A DNA stretch of 64,000 bases from Octopus vulgaris (GCA_951406725.2 OX597824.1:19468001-19532000); one strand, 5' to 3'. Numbered from the stretch's first letter, positions 1 through 12,720 are shown. The notes: a model not told the origin generated them from the sequence alone. Translations and numbers: made by a program.

Positions 1-225
1 GTTTTTTCGTTTTTTGTTTGGTGGTTGTTGTCTTGTTTTTTTTTTCGTTTCTTTTTATTTATTTATTTATTTTCTTTTCAGCCATTTGTAACTTATTCGT
101 GTTTCGTTTTTAAGGTTCTGTTTCTTTTTAATAAAGCCGGTTATTAGGAAGGGTCATGGTCGCGACGATGACGACGATACTACTGCGGTTGCTGCTGCTG
201 CCGCTGCTGCTGCCACTGCTGCTGC

Positions 226-683
226 TACTGATGATGATGATGATGACATTTACGAAAACGTCATCATCGCCATCGTCGTCGTCGTCGCCGTCATCCCCCT
301 TCAACATCATCATCATCATTATCACCATCATCATCATCATCATCATCATCATCCATCATCACCATCCTCATCACCATCATCATCATCATCATCATCACCG
401 TCATCATCATCATCATCATCATCTTCATCATCATCATCACCAACATCATCATCATCATCATCACTATCATCATCATCATCATCATCATCATCTTCATCAT
501 TATCATCATCATCATCATCATCATCACCATCATCATCACCATCATCATCACCATCCTCATCACCATCATCATCATCATCATCATCATCATCACCGTCATC
601 ATCATCATCATCATCTTCATCATCATCATCATCATCATCATCACCATCATCATCACCATCATCATCACCATCATCACCACCAC

Positions 684-738
<55 letters not shown>

Positions 739-1000
739 TTCTTCTTCATCAATAGAACCACCACTTTCATTGCTACCACTGCGATCATCATCATCATGCA
801 CCGAACCGCCTCGATCATCACCATGGCTACCATCATCGTCGTTTTCCTCTTCCCCCTCATGATCATCGTCGTCATCATCATCATCATCAACAACAGTATC
901 ACTACAATTAACACTATCGCTGCCATCATCTTCATCCTCCTCATCATCATCATCATCAGCATCACCATAATCATGATCATCATCATTATCATTTTGATCC

Positions 1001-1042
<42 letters not shown>

Positions 1043-1070
1043 CCAACACCAACACCACCATCTACACCAT
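226..1070. repeat. Degenerate (CAT)n/(CAC)n trinucleotide microsatellite field
   Basis: Directly visible; explains the poly-His/Ile/Asp/Met ORFs at 128-1266. Confidence 0.95.
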
Positions 1071-1200
1071 TGTCAGCATCGTTGTTCTGGACATCGTCAT
1101 CGCGGTCTGTATCGTGTTCCATAGATCCATTAGGCTGCCCAAGCATGTCTGCAACGATACCTTAGACAATCTCCTTTCTTTTTTTCGCCATGAAACGTAC

Positions 1201-1340
1201 CTTCCTTGGGTTTCTTCGTTTTGTATTCACTACTTCCGGTTTGGCAGTACTTCCGATTCGATGTGATCTCGGTATTCTTATTGAAATTGTAAGCGCGGTG
1301 AGGAGGGGAAAGATTCTACGTGCAATTTCGATAGGAATTT
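1201..1340 (-). CDS. Candidate internal exon of an unidentified minus-strand gene (acceptor uncertain: exon start 1276, 1315 or 1340)
   Basis: Unique sequence between microsatellites; donor AAG|GTACGT at 1200. The frame ...IPRSHRIGSTAKPEVVNTKRRNPRK is open from all three possible AG acceptors. No protein family recognised. Confidence 0.3.
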
Positions 1341-1396
1341 CTTGGAAACCAACTCAAATATAACAGAAAGAAGAAAAAAAAACAGAAATATATACA

Positions 1397-1575
1397 AAAC
1401 AACAACAACAACAATAAAGAAGAAGAAGAAGAAGAAGAAGAAGAAGAAGAAGAAGAAGAAGAAGAAGAAGAAGAAGAAGAAGAAGAAGAAGAAGAAGAAG
1501 AAGAAGAAGAAGAAGAAGAAGAAGAAGAAGAAGAAGAAGAAGAAGAAGAAGAAGAAGAAGAAGAAGAAGAAGAAG
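1397..1575. repeat. Pure (AAG)n microsatellite
   Basis: About 60 uninterrupted units. Confidence 0.97.
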
Positions 1576-1644
1576 AGACCTTTAAGAAACTATCGAATTT
1601 CTTAATGATTCTTTTTACTCTTGTTGTTCTCATGTTTATTAAGT

Positions 1645-1810
1645 CACGCGAGCTTGGCAGAATCGTTAGCGTATCGGCAAACTGCTTGGTGGCATTTTTT
1701 TTTTTTTTCGGTTCGTTACCTTCTACGCTCGGATCCCATCGAGATCAGCCTTGCCTTTCATCTTTCCGAGGTCGATAAAAGAATTCCCGGAGTCGGACTA
1801 ATCGACTTCC
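1645..1810 (+). mobile_element. Decayed SINE family A copy
   Basis: gagcttggcagaatcgttagc head and gcctttcatctttccgaggtcgataaaa central block match the family A copies at 16738 and 52221. Confidence 0.75.
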
Positions 1811-2409
1811 TAAACTGATGAAATTGACATGGACAAAGTCCAGTATAGACAACTGATGGCCTAATGTTTGCGGAAAAATTGTGAGAGGGTGAAAACCTCG
1901 AAGGTTGCAGTGGGAAGTCTTTGACTTAATTTAAGCCCATTGATTTTACTTAAGCCTTCTCGCTATTGAGAACTTTTCTCGACTTGGGGCTTTTTTCTGC
2001 CCCTCTCTAGTTCTAGAAAGGAAAGCAAAGTTGACCTCGGTGGAATTTGAACTCAGAACATGAAGACGGGCGAAATACAGCTAGGGGGAATGATGTCATC
2101 GACAAACGCCGTCCGTTCAAAATCACCAACCTCTGCCAAGGGACATAATCGATAAAGTGCCAGTAGTTCTGAGATCAAATCCGACTAGGATCACCTATGC
2201 ATTTCATCCTATTGGGGTCGATAGAATTAAGTAACAGTTAAGTATTCAGGTAAGTGGTATCGACAAAGCCCCGCCTCTCAAAAATGACTGACTTTGTGCC
2301 TAAGTTAATATTGCTTCTGTTGTTGTTGTTGCTACTATGACCCGCTTCCCCTTATTTTGAGGGCGTCCTCTCTTTTGTCGCCCTTGTGGGTTAAAGGTAA
2401 GGGCCTATA

Positions 2410-2660
2410 TGTTACCCTGAAAGAAGTCTTCCTTCTTCCAGATCTTGTTGGTGTTGATTAGTCATCAATGCTTCAGTTAATTTATGTTTCTTTTCTGGGT
2501 TGGCCTTCACAAATGTATTTCTATCATATTAATCTGGCCTCCAAGCTTTGACCTGTCCAGCATGAGAAGTCTTACCAGGAGCGTGCGCTCCGCTTGCCTA
2601 GCTCTCAAGGTCACTGAAGCATGCAAGCCATCACGCCGCGGCAAGGACTGGATCTTGTGA
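2410..2660 (-). mobile_element. Probable RTE-clade LINE 5' UTR fragment
   Basis: Minus strand reads ccttgccgcggcgtgatggcttgcatgcttcagtgaccttgagagctagg...catgctggacaggtcaaag...gccaga, resembling from memory the conserved 5' UTR of RTE elements (BovB/Expander type). Confidence 0.5.
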
Positions 2661-3396
2661 CGGACAGAGGGAAAGATAACACAGTAAATTGTTCGGTGCA
2701 GTATATGAGATGATACACATTAAAAGTAAAGGGACGAGAAAAGCATGTCAGTGGGTCGGACGATCCCGGTTGGAGATTGCATGAAGTTTACAAGAAAATA
2801 GATTGTTATATAAAGAGGCCCAAAATTGATGTATAAAGACTACACACCCTTGGAAAGGCCCCAAAAGATCAAAATGCTTTTGGCGTTCTCTCTGGCAACA
2901 GCTAGAGCGACTTTTGCCTTCTTCCGATAATTATTGCGTTTTAACACAACACGTTCATAAGAGATGTTATCTCAAGACGAATACCGCAGTTATTGGCCTA
3001 TCAACGGTGTATATACTTTAAATATGATATATAGATGGTTATTTTAACTTAATACTTATTTTAACTCAATTACGAGCTACTGATATTTAAACCTATACAA
3101 AACTAACTTTTCAAGCCTGAAATCACATAAAATTTAACGATTTACTATATTTCTCAACACATAAACGTCCTTAGATAGGTTCTTGTGTACTTACAATTCG
3201 CCCTCGGTACATAAAAGTTCCCCACTACCACCACCACCACCACCAACCACCACCAACCACCACTCCTCTGGCTTTGTATAATATCTATATTTAGACGCAT
3301 TGCAATTCCTGCGGCCAAATCCGCCACTAACTGCTGTCGGCTTTTAGATATGTCAATAACAGCACTTTGTTGTGTGGTTTAATATACTAAACCAAA

Positions 3397-3397
3397 T

Positions 3398-3430
<33 letters not shown>

Positions 3431-3446
3431 AATAATAGTAATAATG

Positions 3447-3485
<39 letters not shown>

Positions 3486-3518
3486 GCAATCGTTACAGCA
3501 GCGGTAGCAGGAATACTT

Positions 3519-3593
<75 letters not shown>

Positions 3594-3737
3594 AAAGGCG
3601 ATTTGCTTAGGTGAGGATTTATTTAACTGATTATTAATACTTTGCCAAGCTTTACAAATCATGAAAATCCCTTTACTAAAACTGACCTTGTGTCTCTCCA
3701 TCAAAAGAGCAAAATCTATATATGTGTATATATAAAT

Positions 3738-3820
<83 letters not shown>

Positions 3821-3862
3821 CATATATATATATATATACATATACATATATGTATGTATATG

Positions 3863-3923
<61 letters not shown>

Positions 3924-3940
3924 TAGTAATAATAATAATG

Positions 3941-3983
<43 letters not shown>

Positions 3984-4010
3984 TAATAATAATAATAATA
4001 ATAATTAATA

Positions 4011-4045
<35 letters not shown>

Positions 4046-4070
4046 TAATAATAGTAATAATAATAATAAT
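3397..4070. repeat. Compound microsatellites (CAA)n-(TAA)n-(TAG)n, (TA)n, (TAA)n
   Basis: Directly visible. Confidence 0.95.
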
Positions 4071-4361
4071 GAAAATGAAAATGAAAAATAAAAATTACAA
4101 AAAAGAAAAAAGCAAGCAACTCTTCCGAAACAGATGAAGGACATCAAGGTGGTTTATCGTTTGTGCAAAAACTTACACCAAATGTCGAACATGTAAATAC
4201 CTATACATTGTTATTGTTGTTGGCTTGCTTGTTGTTATTTATCACATTTGTGATTATTAATCAATTTATTTATTTATTTATCTATTTACTTATCAGCGGT
4301 TGTTTGTTTTTTTTTTTTTTTTTGGGGGGGGGGGTTCTAAAGTTTTTTGTTTTGCTTTTGC

Positions 4362-5134
4362 TTACTCTTTTACTTTGTTTCAGTCCATTTTGACTGCGGC
4401 CCATGCTGGAGCACCGCATTTTAGTCGAGCAAATCGACCCCCCACCCCCACCCCCAGGACTTATTCTTTGTAAGCCTTAGTACTTATACTATCGGTTTCT
4501 TTTGCCGAACCGTTCGTTAGGTTACGGGGACGTAAACACACCAGCATCGGTTGTCAAGCGATGTTAGAGGGACAAACACAGACACACAAACATACACACA
4601 CACATATATATATATATACACATATGTGAGGGCGCGTGGCTTAGTGGTTAGGGCATTCGGCTCATGATCGTAAGGTCGTGAGTTCGATTCCCGGCGACGC
4701 GTTGTGTCCTTGAGCAAGACACTTTATTTCGCGTTGCTCCAGTCCACTCAGCTGGCAAAAATGAGTTGTACTTGTATTTCAAAGGGTCAGCCTTGTCACT
4801 CTCTGTGTCACGCTGATTATCCCCGAGAACTACGTTAAGGGTACACGTGTCTGTGGAATGCTCAGCCATTTGCACGTTAATTTCACGAGCAGGCTGTTCC
4901 GTTGATCGTATCAGCTGGGACCCTCGTCGTCGTAACCGGCGGAGTCTTTAATATACACATATACATATATACAACGGGCTTCTTTCAGTTTCTGTCTACC
5001 AAATCCACTCAGAAGGCTTTGGTCGGCCCGAGGCTATAGTAGAAGACACTTGCCCAAGATGCCACGCAATGGGACTGAACCGGGAACCATGTGGCTCGTA
5101 AGCAAACTACTTACCACACAGCCACTCCTACGCC
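4362..5134 (-). mobile_element. SINE family B, full length, with a nested SINE C
   Basis: tRNA-like head ggcgtaggagtggctgtgtggtaag...gggttcagtccc, CORE-like cttgggcaagtgtcttc, internal TA/TG tract, tail gcggtgctccagcatgggccgcagtcaaaatggactgaaac. Confidence 0.9.
4630..4946 (+). mobile_element. SINE family C, full length, inserted in the internal microsatellite of SINE B
   Basis: A box tggcttagtgg, B box gagttcgattc, gtgtccttgagcaagacact block, tail gtcgtcgtaaccggcggagt. Confidence 0.9.
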
Positions 5135-5194
5135 TATTTATTTATTTATCTTTTTCTTTGTTGCTTTGCAAATGATGCTTGCTCTTATAACTGT

Positions 5195-6198
5195 TAGCGT
5201 GTGGGGCAAAATGGTTAACGATTTTTCTTCCAGTTTTTCACGTTCTGAGTTCAAGTCTCACCAGGGTTAACTTCTTCACCCTTCATGGGTCAATAAAATA
5301 AAGTACCAGTCACATACTAGAGTCGATTATATTGACTATACCCTCTCCCCACCCCTAAAACAATTCTGGTCTAATGCCAAAATTTGAAATCATTATTATG
5401 AATTGCTAGAATCTTTAGTGTCGGACAAAATGCGTAGCAGCATTTTTTCCGGCTGTTTACGTTCTGAGTTGCCCTTTCATCCTTTCAGAGTTGATAAAAT
5501 AAAGCACCAAACCCATTTGACCCCTTCCTGGTCTTGTGCCAAAATTTAAAGCCGTAACTGGTAAGGTATTGGAGCTTGGCAGAGTCGTTAGGGCGTCGGA
5601 AAATGATTTGCGGTATTTCTTCCTGTTCTTGACGTTCTGGGTTCAAATCCCGTCGAACTTAAATATCCTTTTCATCTTTTGGGGTCAATAAAATAAAGTG
5701 CAAGGCAAACATTGAGATCGATGTAATCGATTTTTCTCCTCCACTCAAATTGCTGGCCTTGACCCGAAATCTGAATGAATTACGGGTAAAGCAGTGATCT
5801 GGCAGAATCGTTAGGGCGTCGGCTAAAATGCTAAGCAGCGGTTTTTCTAGTTCATTCTATTCAGAATTCCAAATCCGCCGCGGTCATCTGTGTATGTCAT
5901 CTTTTTGGGGTGGATAAAATAATGTAGCAGTCAAGTACGAGAGGCTTAAATGGGTGCTTAGAGCAAGAAAAGTTAAATAACCCTTTCTACTATAGGCACA
6001 AGGCCTGAAATTTGTGGGGTGGGGCTAAGTCGATAACATCGACCCCCAGTGCTCAACAGGTACTTATTTTATCGACCCAGAAAGAATAAAAGGTAAAGTT
6101 GATCTCGGTGGAATTTGAACTCAGAACGAAAAGACGGGCAAAATACCGCTAAGCATTTCGTCCAGCGTGCTAACGATTCTACCAGCTTGCCTCGCCTT
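5195..6198. mobile_element. Cluster of about five decayed SINE A copies (four +, one -)
   Basis: Repeated ggcagaatcgttag / acgttctgagttcaa / tttcatccttt.ggggtc.ataaaataaagtacc blocks. Confidence 0.8.
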
Positions 6199-6242
6199 AA
6201 GAAAAGCTACATGTTATTTTCTACTCTAGGCGCAAGGCCCGA

Positions 6243-6440
6243 AATGAGTTGTACTTGTATTTTCAAAGGGCCAGCCATGCCACACTCTGTGTTACGCTGA
6301 ACCCCCCCCCCCACTGGGAACTACGTTAAGGGTATACATGTCTGTGGAGTACTCAGACACTTGCACGTTAATTTCAGGAGCAAGCTGTTCCGTTGATCGG
6401 ATCAACTGGGACCCTCGTCGTCATAACCGGCAAAGTGCCA
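6243..6440 (+). mobile_element. 3' half of SINE C
   Basis: Matches 4758-4946. Confidence 0.85.
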
Positions 6441-6814
6441 GTAGTTCTGAGATCAAATCCGACCAGGATCACCTATGCATATTTCATCCTTTTGGGGTCG
6501 ATAGAATTAAGTAACAGTTGAGTATTCAGGTTGGTGGTATCAAGAAAGCCCCGCCCCTCAAAAATGAGTGACTTTGTGCCTAAGTTAATGTTGTTGTTGT
6601 TGTTGTTACTGCTAACGTTGGTTTCGTTGTTTAACCACAGGTCGGTCCTGATCGAACAGATCTATGATCAAAGACCTTGTCTGTCCCCATCACCTTCGCT
6701 TAAAGGATGGGGAGGTTGTTATTGTTGTTCTTTTGTTGCTGTTGTTTTTCCTGCTGCTGCTGCTACTGATGATGATGATGATGGTGATCCTGTTATTTTT
6801 ACAGCTGCATCTGT

Positions 6815-7430
6815 TGCTGTTGTTGTTGATGGTGGTGGTGGTAGTATTTGTGGTGGTTGTGGTGGTGGTGGTGGTAGTATTTGTGGTGGTAGTGGTGGTA
6901 GTGGTAGTATGTGTGGTGGTTGTGGTGGTGGTGGTGGTGGTTGTGGTGGTAGAATGTGTGGTGGTTGTGGTGGTTGTGGTGGTAGTATTTGTGGTGGTTG
7001 TGGTGGTAGTATGTGTGGTGGTGGTGGTTGTGGTGGTGGTGGTCGTCATCGTCGTGATGGTTGTGGTGGTAGTGGTGGTGGTCGTCGTCGTCGTCGTCGT
7101 GATGGTTGTGGTGGTGGTGGTGGTGGTGGTAGTATTTGTGGTGATGGTAGTGGTAGTAGTATTTGTGGTGTTAGTGGTGGTGGTGTTGGTGTTAGTATTT
7201 GTGGTGGTTGTGGTGGTGGTGGTGGTGGTGGTGGTGGTAGTATTTGTGGTGATTGTAGTGGTGGTAGTGGTGGTAGTATTTGTAGTGGTCGTGGTGGTAG
7301 TATTTGTGGTGGTTGTGGTGGTAGTGGTGGTATCGGTGCAGTTATTGCTGTAGTTGTTACTGTTGCTGTTACTGTTGTTGTTGTTGTTGTTGATAGTGGT
7401 GGTGATGGTAGCAGTGGTGGATGGTGAGGT
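6815..7430. repeat. Degenerate (GGT)n field with recurring ggtagtatttgtggtggttgt subunit
   Basis: Directly visible. Confidence 0.9.
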
Positions 7431-7509
7431 TGGGGTGGTTATATTGGCGCAGTTTTTATTGCAGTTATTGTTGTTGCTGCTGTTGCCGTTGCTGTTGCTG
7501 TTGAGCGAA

Positions 7510-7856
7510 GCGGTCTTCTTCCTCTTGGGAGAAGTCCGAAACATGGTCCTTTGCTATTCGTAAGACCCGCAGAAGAGAAAGCAGGTCAACCCCCGACACC
7601 GAGAGCATCGACAAATGAATGAATGCGCATCCAGGCTCAGCGGTTGCGTAGGAAGTCGGGGACAAGAAACAGGAGGAAAGAGTGAGAGAAAGCTGGAGCG
7701 AAAGAGTACAACAGGGGTCGCCACCCACCCCTGCCGGGGCCTCGTGGAGCTTTTAGGTGTTTTCGCTCAATAAACACACACAACGCCCGGTCTGGGAATC
7801 GAAACCGCGATCCTCCGACCGCGAGTCCGCTGCCCTAACCACTGGGCCATTGCGCC
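7510..7856 (-). mobile_element. SINE family D (tRNA-Arg-like head)
   Basis: Head ggcgcaatggcccagtggttagggcagcggactcgcggtcggaggatcgcggtttcgattcc with A/B boxes; same head and body at 54290-54478. Confidence 0.88.
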
Positions 7857-7909
7857 GCCACTTGTTGCTGCTGTGGTTGTTGTTGCTGTTGTTATTGTTA
7901 TTGTTGCTC

Positions 7910-8395
7910 GGAGTGGTGGAGGTGATGGTAGTGGTGGCGGTGGTGGTAGTGATGGTGGTGGTGGTGGTGGTGGTGGTGGTGGTGGTGGTGGTGGTGGTGT
8001 GGTGGTGGTGGTGGTGGTGGTAGTGATGGTGGTGGTGGTGGTGGCGGTGGTGGTAGTGATGGTGGGTGGTGGTGGTGGTGGCAATGGTGGTGGTGGCGGT
8101 GGTGGTAGTGATGGTGGGTGGTGGTGGTGGTGGAGGCGATGGTGGCGGTGGTGGTGGAGGTGATGGTGGTGGTGGTGGTGGTGGTGGTAGTGATGGTGGT
8201 AGTGGTGGCGGTGGTGGTAGTGATGATGGTGGTGGTGGTAGTGGTGGTGGTGGTGGTGGTGGTGGTGGTGGTAGTAATGGTGGTGGTGGTGGCGGTGGTG
8301 GTAGTGATGATGGTGGTGGTGGTAGTGGTGGTGGTGGTGGTGGTGGTGGTGGTGGTAGTGTTGTTGGTGGTTGTGGTGCTGCTGCTGCTGCTGTT
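7910..8395. repeat. (GGT)n microsatellite field
   Basis: Directly visible. Confidence 0.95.
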
Positions 8396-8766
8396 GTAAT
8401 TGTTGTGGTTGTTGTTAATTGCTATTCTTCTCCTCTGTTGGCGGTTATCGATATTTTCGTCCGATCAGCGACGGTCAACCACCTCAACTAATATTTCAGC
8501 TGCTAAACTTAAATTAGTTGTGAGATGAAGGATTTAATAAGCTCTAGGTAAATCTTCGCCTCTGATCCGTCCAGCGGTGTGTGGCATGGAGGACGGACGG
8601 ATTAAAAGCTGCGATTGGGGAAGCAGGCGAAGAGAGGAGAGTGGATGGAGGGGAGATAAGAAACGATTATTACGTATAAACAAGTTACAACACTAACGTG
8701 TCTTTCTTCTGACTCTCATTCACGATCCGCGCGCCCTCTCGCTTGTCTGTGTGTGTGTATGTCCTG

Positions 8767-8811
<45 letters not shown>

Positions 8812-8875
8812 TGACAATATTAAAAATAAGGGTTACTCCGAAGAAGCAATAGCGTTACCTTTAATTCTATAAATA

Positions 8876-9431
8876 TTGGGTTGTCCGGAAAGTTCGCGCC
8901 GATTTTAAAGGAAAGAATAAGGTCAATAAATATTTACCACTACATTTTTAATCAACCAAATGTAAACCATTTAGTTGCACAATGCGTCTCCATCTTTCCT
9001 TTAACTTGAAAATACCCTCTTCCCAGAATTGAGGTGGTTTCATGGCAAAGAATTCATCAAGGTATCTTTTTACGTCATCCAAGGAATTGAAATTTTTACC
9101 ATTAAGACTATACCTGAATAAGTGGAAATCCGAAGGAGCAATATCTGGTGAATATGGAGGGTGGGGTAACACATCCCAGCCGAGCTGCGGCAACTTTTGT
9201 CTGGTTCCCAAAGCCTCAAGTGCCGAAACTGAACTTTCTTATCTTCCATTTTAAAGGGTTACAGAATTAACACAGGTTATAGGAACATAAACCTTCTTCC
9301 ACGAAAAGATAGCTTAAACTGTGCTCTAAATGGAGGTGTAGTCAAATCCTATTTTATGGACTGAACCATGTTCTAAAATAAGTCGAAAGATAAGCTACTA
9401 TAAACCGGCACGAACTTTCCGAACAACCCAA
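8876..9431 (-). mobile_element. Non-autonomous, internally deleted mariner element
   Basis: TIRs ttgggttgtccggaaagttcgcgccg / cggcacgaactttccgaacaacccaa, flanking TA at 8874-75 and 9432-33; transposase motif HPPYSPDIAPSDFHLF. Confidence 0.93.
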
Positions 9432-9439
9432 TATATACC

Positions 9440-9925
9440 ACCTTTTAAAACCAACACATGTTTCAATTGCACCGATTAGTAATCGCTGCAACTGCAACTC
9501 TACTATAAAACAGTGCAGTCTTTTCTGGGTCTTTGCTTGATTTCCCTCTATGTGGCTGTTTAATGATTTTCTTTAATAAACTCTACATTGTATAATGCTG
9601 AGTTATTCGTTAGGTCAGACGCGAACAAAACCTATTTCAAATTCTTATTGGATAAGCATTTTCAGTCCATCATTTCAAAACCTTGTATAGTGTAAAGGAT
9701 AATGATTCATCAATATTTCCCAAATATGAATTTCCTCATGTGGAAGCATCTAAAGGTTTGCTCCTGTCTAGAATTTATTACATTAACCTTGGATGTGAAA
9801 ATCCTGTAAAATTCTTCTACACATAGATCACATCTTTACGGTTTAGCAGTACAAATTAATTCCCATTTAATCGTAAAGTCCTTGTTACTCTCCTTCAAAG
9901 ACCAAATTAATTTGCTAAGGCATCT
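9440..9925 (-). mobile_element. Penelope-like element 3' remnant: GIY-YIG endonuclease C-terminus plus decayed hammerhead
   Basis: Hand translation of 9920->9712: LSKLIWSLKESNKDFTIKWELICTAKP*RCDLCVEEFYRIFTSKVNVINSRQEQTFRCFHMRKFIFGKY*, matching the PLE pattern LSKxIWxLK..W..CxLC..E..N.R.E...C.H. Downstream GAAAC-ATGT-GTT motif at 9449-9531. Confidence 0.8.
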
Positions 9926-9957
9926 TTGGAACTTTTATACGTATTTCTTTATTTCTT

Positions 9958-10105
9958 TCATTTACTTGTTACGGTCATTTGGCTGCGGCCATACTGAAGC
10001 ACCGCCCTTAAGTCGAACACAAATCGACCCCACGACTTATTCTTTGAAAGCCTAGTACTTATTCAATCGGTCGCTTTTGCTGAACCTATGAGTTACGGGG
10101 GCGCA

Positions 10106-10189
<84 letters not shown>

Positions 10190-10225
10190 TACACACATAC
10201 ATACATACATACATACATACATACA

Positions 10226-10288
<63 letters not shown>

Positions 10289-10437
10289 GACGGGTTTCTG
10301 TCAACCAGATCCACTCACAAACTCACAAGGGTTTGGTCGGCCCAAGTCTATAGTAGAAGATACTTCCCAAAGTGCCGCGCAGTGGAACTGAAACCAAACC
10401 AATGTGGTTGGGAAGAACACAGCCACTTCTGTACCTA
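9958..10437 (-). mobile_element. SINE family B (diverged)
   Basis: Same tail, body and head blocks as other B copies; expanded internal (CA)(CATA)(TA) tract. Confidence 0.85.
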
Positions 10438-10645
10438 TACATATGTATACATAATCTTTTTCAGAATATCTCGAAACACATACATAAGGAATTAATTTAG
10501 CGAGATGGCATCAATAGAAAGGTGAAACAACGTGAAGTGCACTGTGACCAGCGGAGTATATAACAACATTCGATATTCAGTGCTATAAATATACTACATA
10601 TACACACATATATGTGTGTGTCTGTGTATAAACTATTCATATACA

Positions 10646-10696
<51 letters not shown>

Positions 10697-10723
10697 GTAT
10701 GTATGTATATATGTATATATGTA

Positions 10724-10832
<109 letters not shown>

Positions 10833-10846
10833 TATATATATATATA

Positions 10847-10886
<40 letters not shown>

Positions 10887-10889
<3 letters not shown>

Positions 10890-11100
10890 TTTGGGGATTG
10901 GTTTGCAAGATTCTTTACGTGAGCTTGTGTTGAAGCATGTTTTGTTGTGTCTGGGGAGAGTCATTCTCTCCTAGTGCCTTAAAACTATTGACAAGGTTGC
11001 AAGACGCAACGAAAATTTTAGAAAAGTAAAAAAAATTATATCGGTGAGTGTGTTAAATTATAAGGCACCAAAAGAGAATGACTCTCCCCAGACGCAACAG
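10887..11100. repeat. Fold-back cassette in (TA)n with about 50-bp inverted arms
   Basis: tgttgtgtctggggagagtcattctct (10943) versus agagaatgactctccccagacgcaaca (ends 11099). Confidence 0.85.
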
Positions 11101-11380
11101 TATATATATATATATATATATATATACTTAATAAAAGGGTTCAGCAAAGATTTGCTTCACCACACACCGAAGTTTAGAAATAGCAGCCAAAAATCTTAGC
11201 TATTTCTTCTACTTTAAAAGGGACTCCTAGAGAAACCAAAATACTTGAAGATAATTCACACAACAGAGAGTAAAGCTGAACCCTTTTATTAAGTTTACCG
11301 TGAAATGGTCCTTTTTCATATCGAATTCTACTTGGTGAAATTATTAGTTACTTTTTAATTAATTAATTTTACCCTTTGTT

Positions 11381-11426
<46 letters not shown>

Positions 11427-11493
11427 GGTCCCGGGTTGAGTCGGGGTTAACCACAATAAGTAAGTAAGGTACTCAATACATAGCAGAGTAAAG

Positions 11494-11573
11494 TAATTTA
11501 TTTTATAGAAGGAGCTTCCTGAAGATTTCATCTGAATGAAACAGTTCTAGTCCTGTAGAAGCTCCTTCTATAA

Positions 11574-11582
<9 letters not shown>
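11494..11582 (+). repeat. 25-bp perfect inverted repeat enclosing a decayed hammerhead core
   Basis: taatttattttatagaaggagcttc / gaagctccttctataaaataaatta; CTGAAGA-TTTCA-TC-TGAAT-GAAAC inside. Confidence 0.7.
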
Positions 11583-11615
<33 letters not shown>

Positions 11616-11679
11616 CAACAACGCGAGGACGTGGTACATGCAATGTTTTAGCAGACGCTTAGGGAAGGAAAGAAAATTG

Positions 11680-11715
11680 GATTTACGTTTCGAGCAGGCG
11701 CTCTTCTTCTGAAAC
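11680..11715 (-). ncRNA. Minimal type-I hammerhead motif, family P1, core variant CAGAAGA
   Basis: GTTT CAGAAGA A GAGC GCCT GCTC GAAA CG TA AATC. Confidence 0.55.
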
Positions 11716-11968
11716 AGGAAACAAAAGTTAAGTCAAATAGAAAAGTTAGACGGAGTAAAAAAATATCGCCAACGAATGCTAAAAAGCCATTTAAATATGT
11801 AGGTGGCTCCACTGCAGTTTGTACATCACCATCTCGGCGGATTGCAGTGGGTGACATGCTCAAAGCAGGTGGACATATTGAACACCTAATTAATATGGTC
11901 CATTAATCAATGAAATGTTCATTACTTACACCTATGTACATGCCTAAATATGTATATACGTATATGCA

Positions 11969-12032
<64 letters not shown>

Positions 12033-12720
12033 CCACTGATGATGTATTAAAGGCCAAAGTGGTGTGAACTGTGGTTTTATTAGTAATTATGTTAAAACCA
12101 TCCCATAATCCCTTCTCAGACTATTGTTGATTTTATTTTTTTTTGTATTTGCTATTTATTTCTTTATTTCTTTTATTAATGTGCATTTGTTGTTTGTTTA
12201 TATTTAGTTGTCTTATTTTTATATATATATTTATTTTTTCTGCGTTGATATTTTATTTGTTTCTATATTTAACTGTTCTGCTTGGTTATTGTTTTTGTTT
12301 TTGTTATTCTCGTTTATTTTTGTTTATCATCATTTTCATTTTCAAACCTGCAGTGAGTTGAGTGAGTGAGTGAGTGAGTGAATTTGTGTGATTATTGCTG
12401 CTAAATGTTTGCTGGACTTGCATGAAATAACAGCTAAATCTCCCTCAAATTTCATCCTACGCCTTACTCTCTTGGAAACTGAAGGACACATTAAGTAACG
12501 TAATACTTTATGACAGACGATACGTCCGAGGAGAAAAATGGCGGTGTTCATGGTTAGAATACTTTTGATTAGCTGGAGCTAAACAAGGACGCTAACTCCT
12601 TCTTTGTATGCGTATGAATGTGTATGTGAGGGTCTCCTTTCTGTCTATCCTTCTGTTTTTTACAATATACACATATATCATGCATACACTCATGCACGTA
12701 CACACATATGCTCTTTACAC

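Noticed and set aside
156-1146. His-rich and Asp-rich ORFs
   Set aside because: Translations of (CAT)n, open in several frames on both strands; no codon diversity.
6531-7427. Gly/Cys-rich ORF with GGSICGGCG repeats resembling a structural protein
   Set aside because: Starts at a non-ATG codon inside a SINE fragment; almost all codons end in T, as expected from mutated (GGT)n; other frames also open.
12033-12075. CTGATGA in a TA-flanked cassette
   Set aside because: No stem II or GAAA; too decayed to call.
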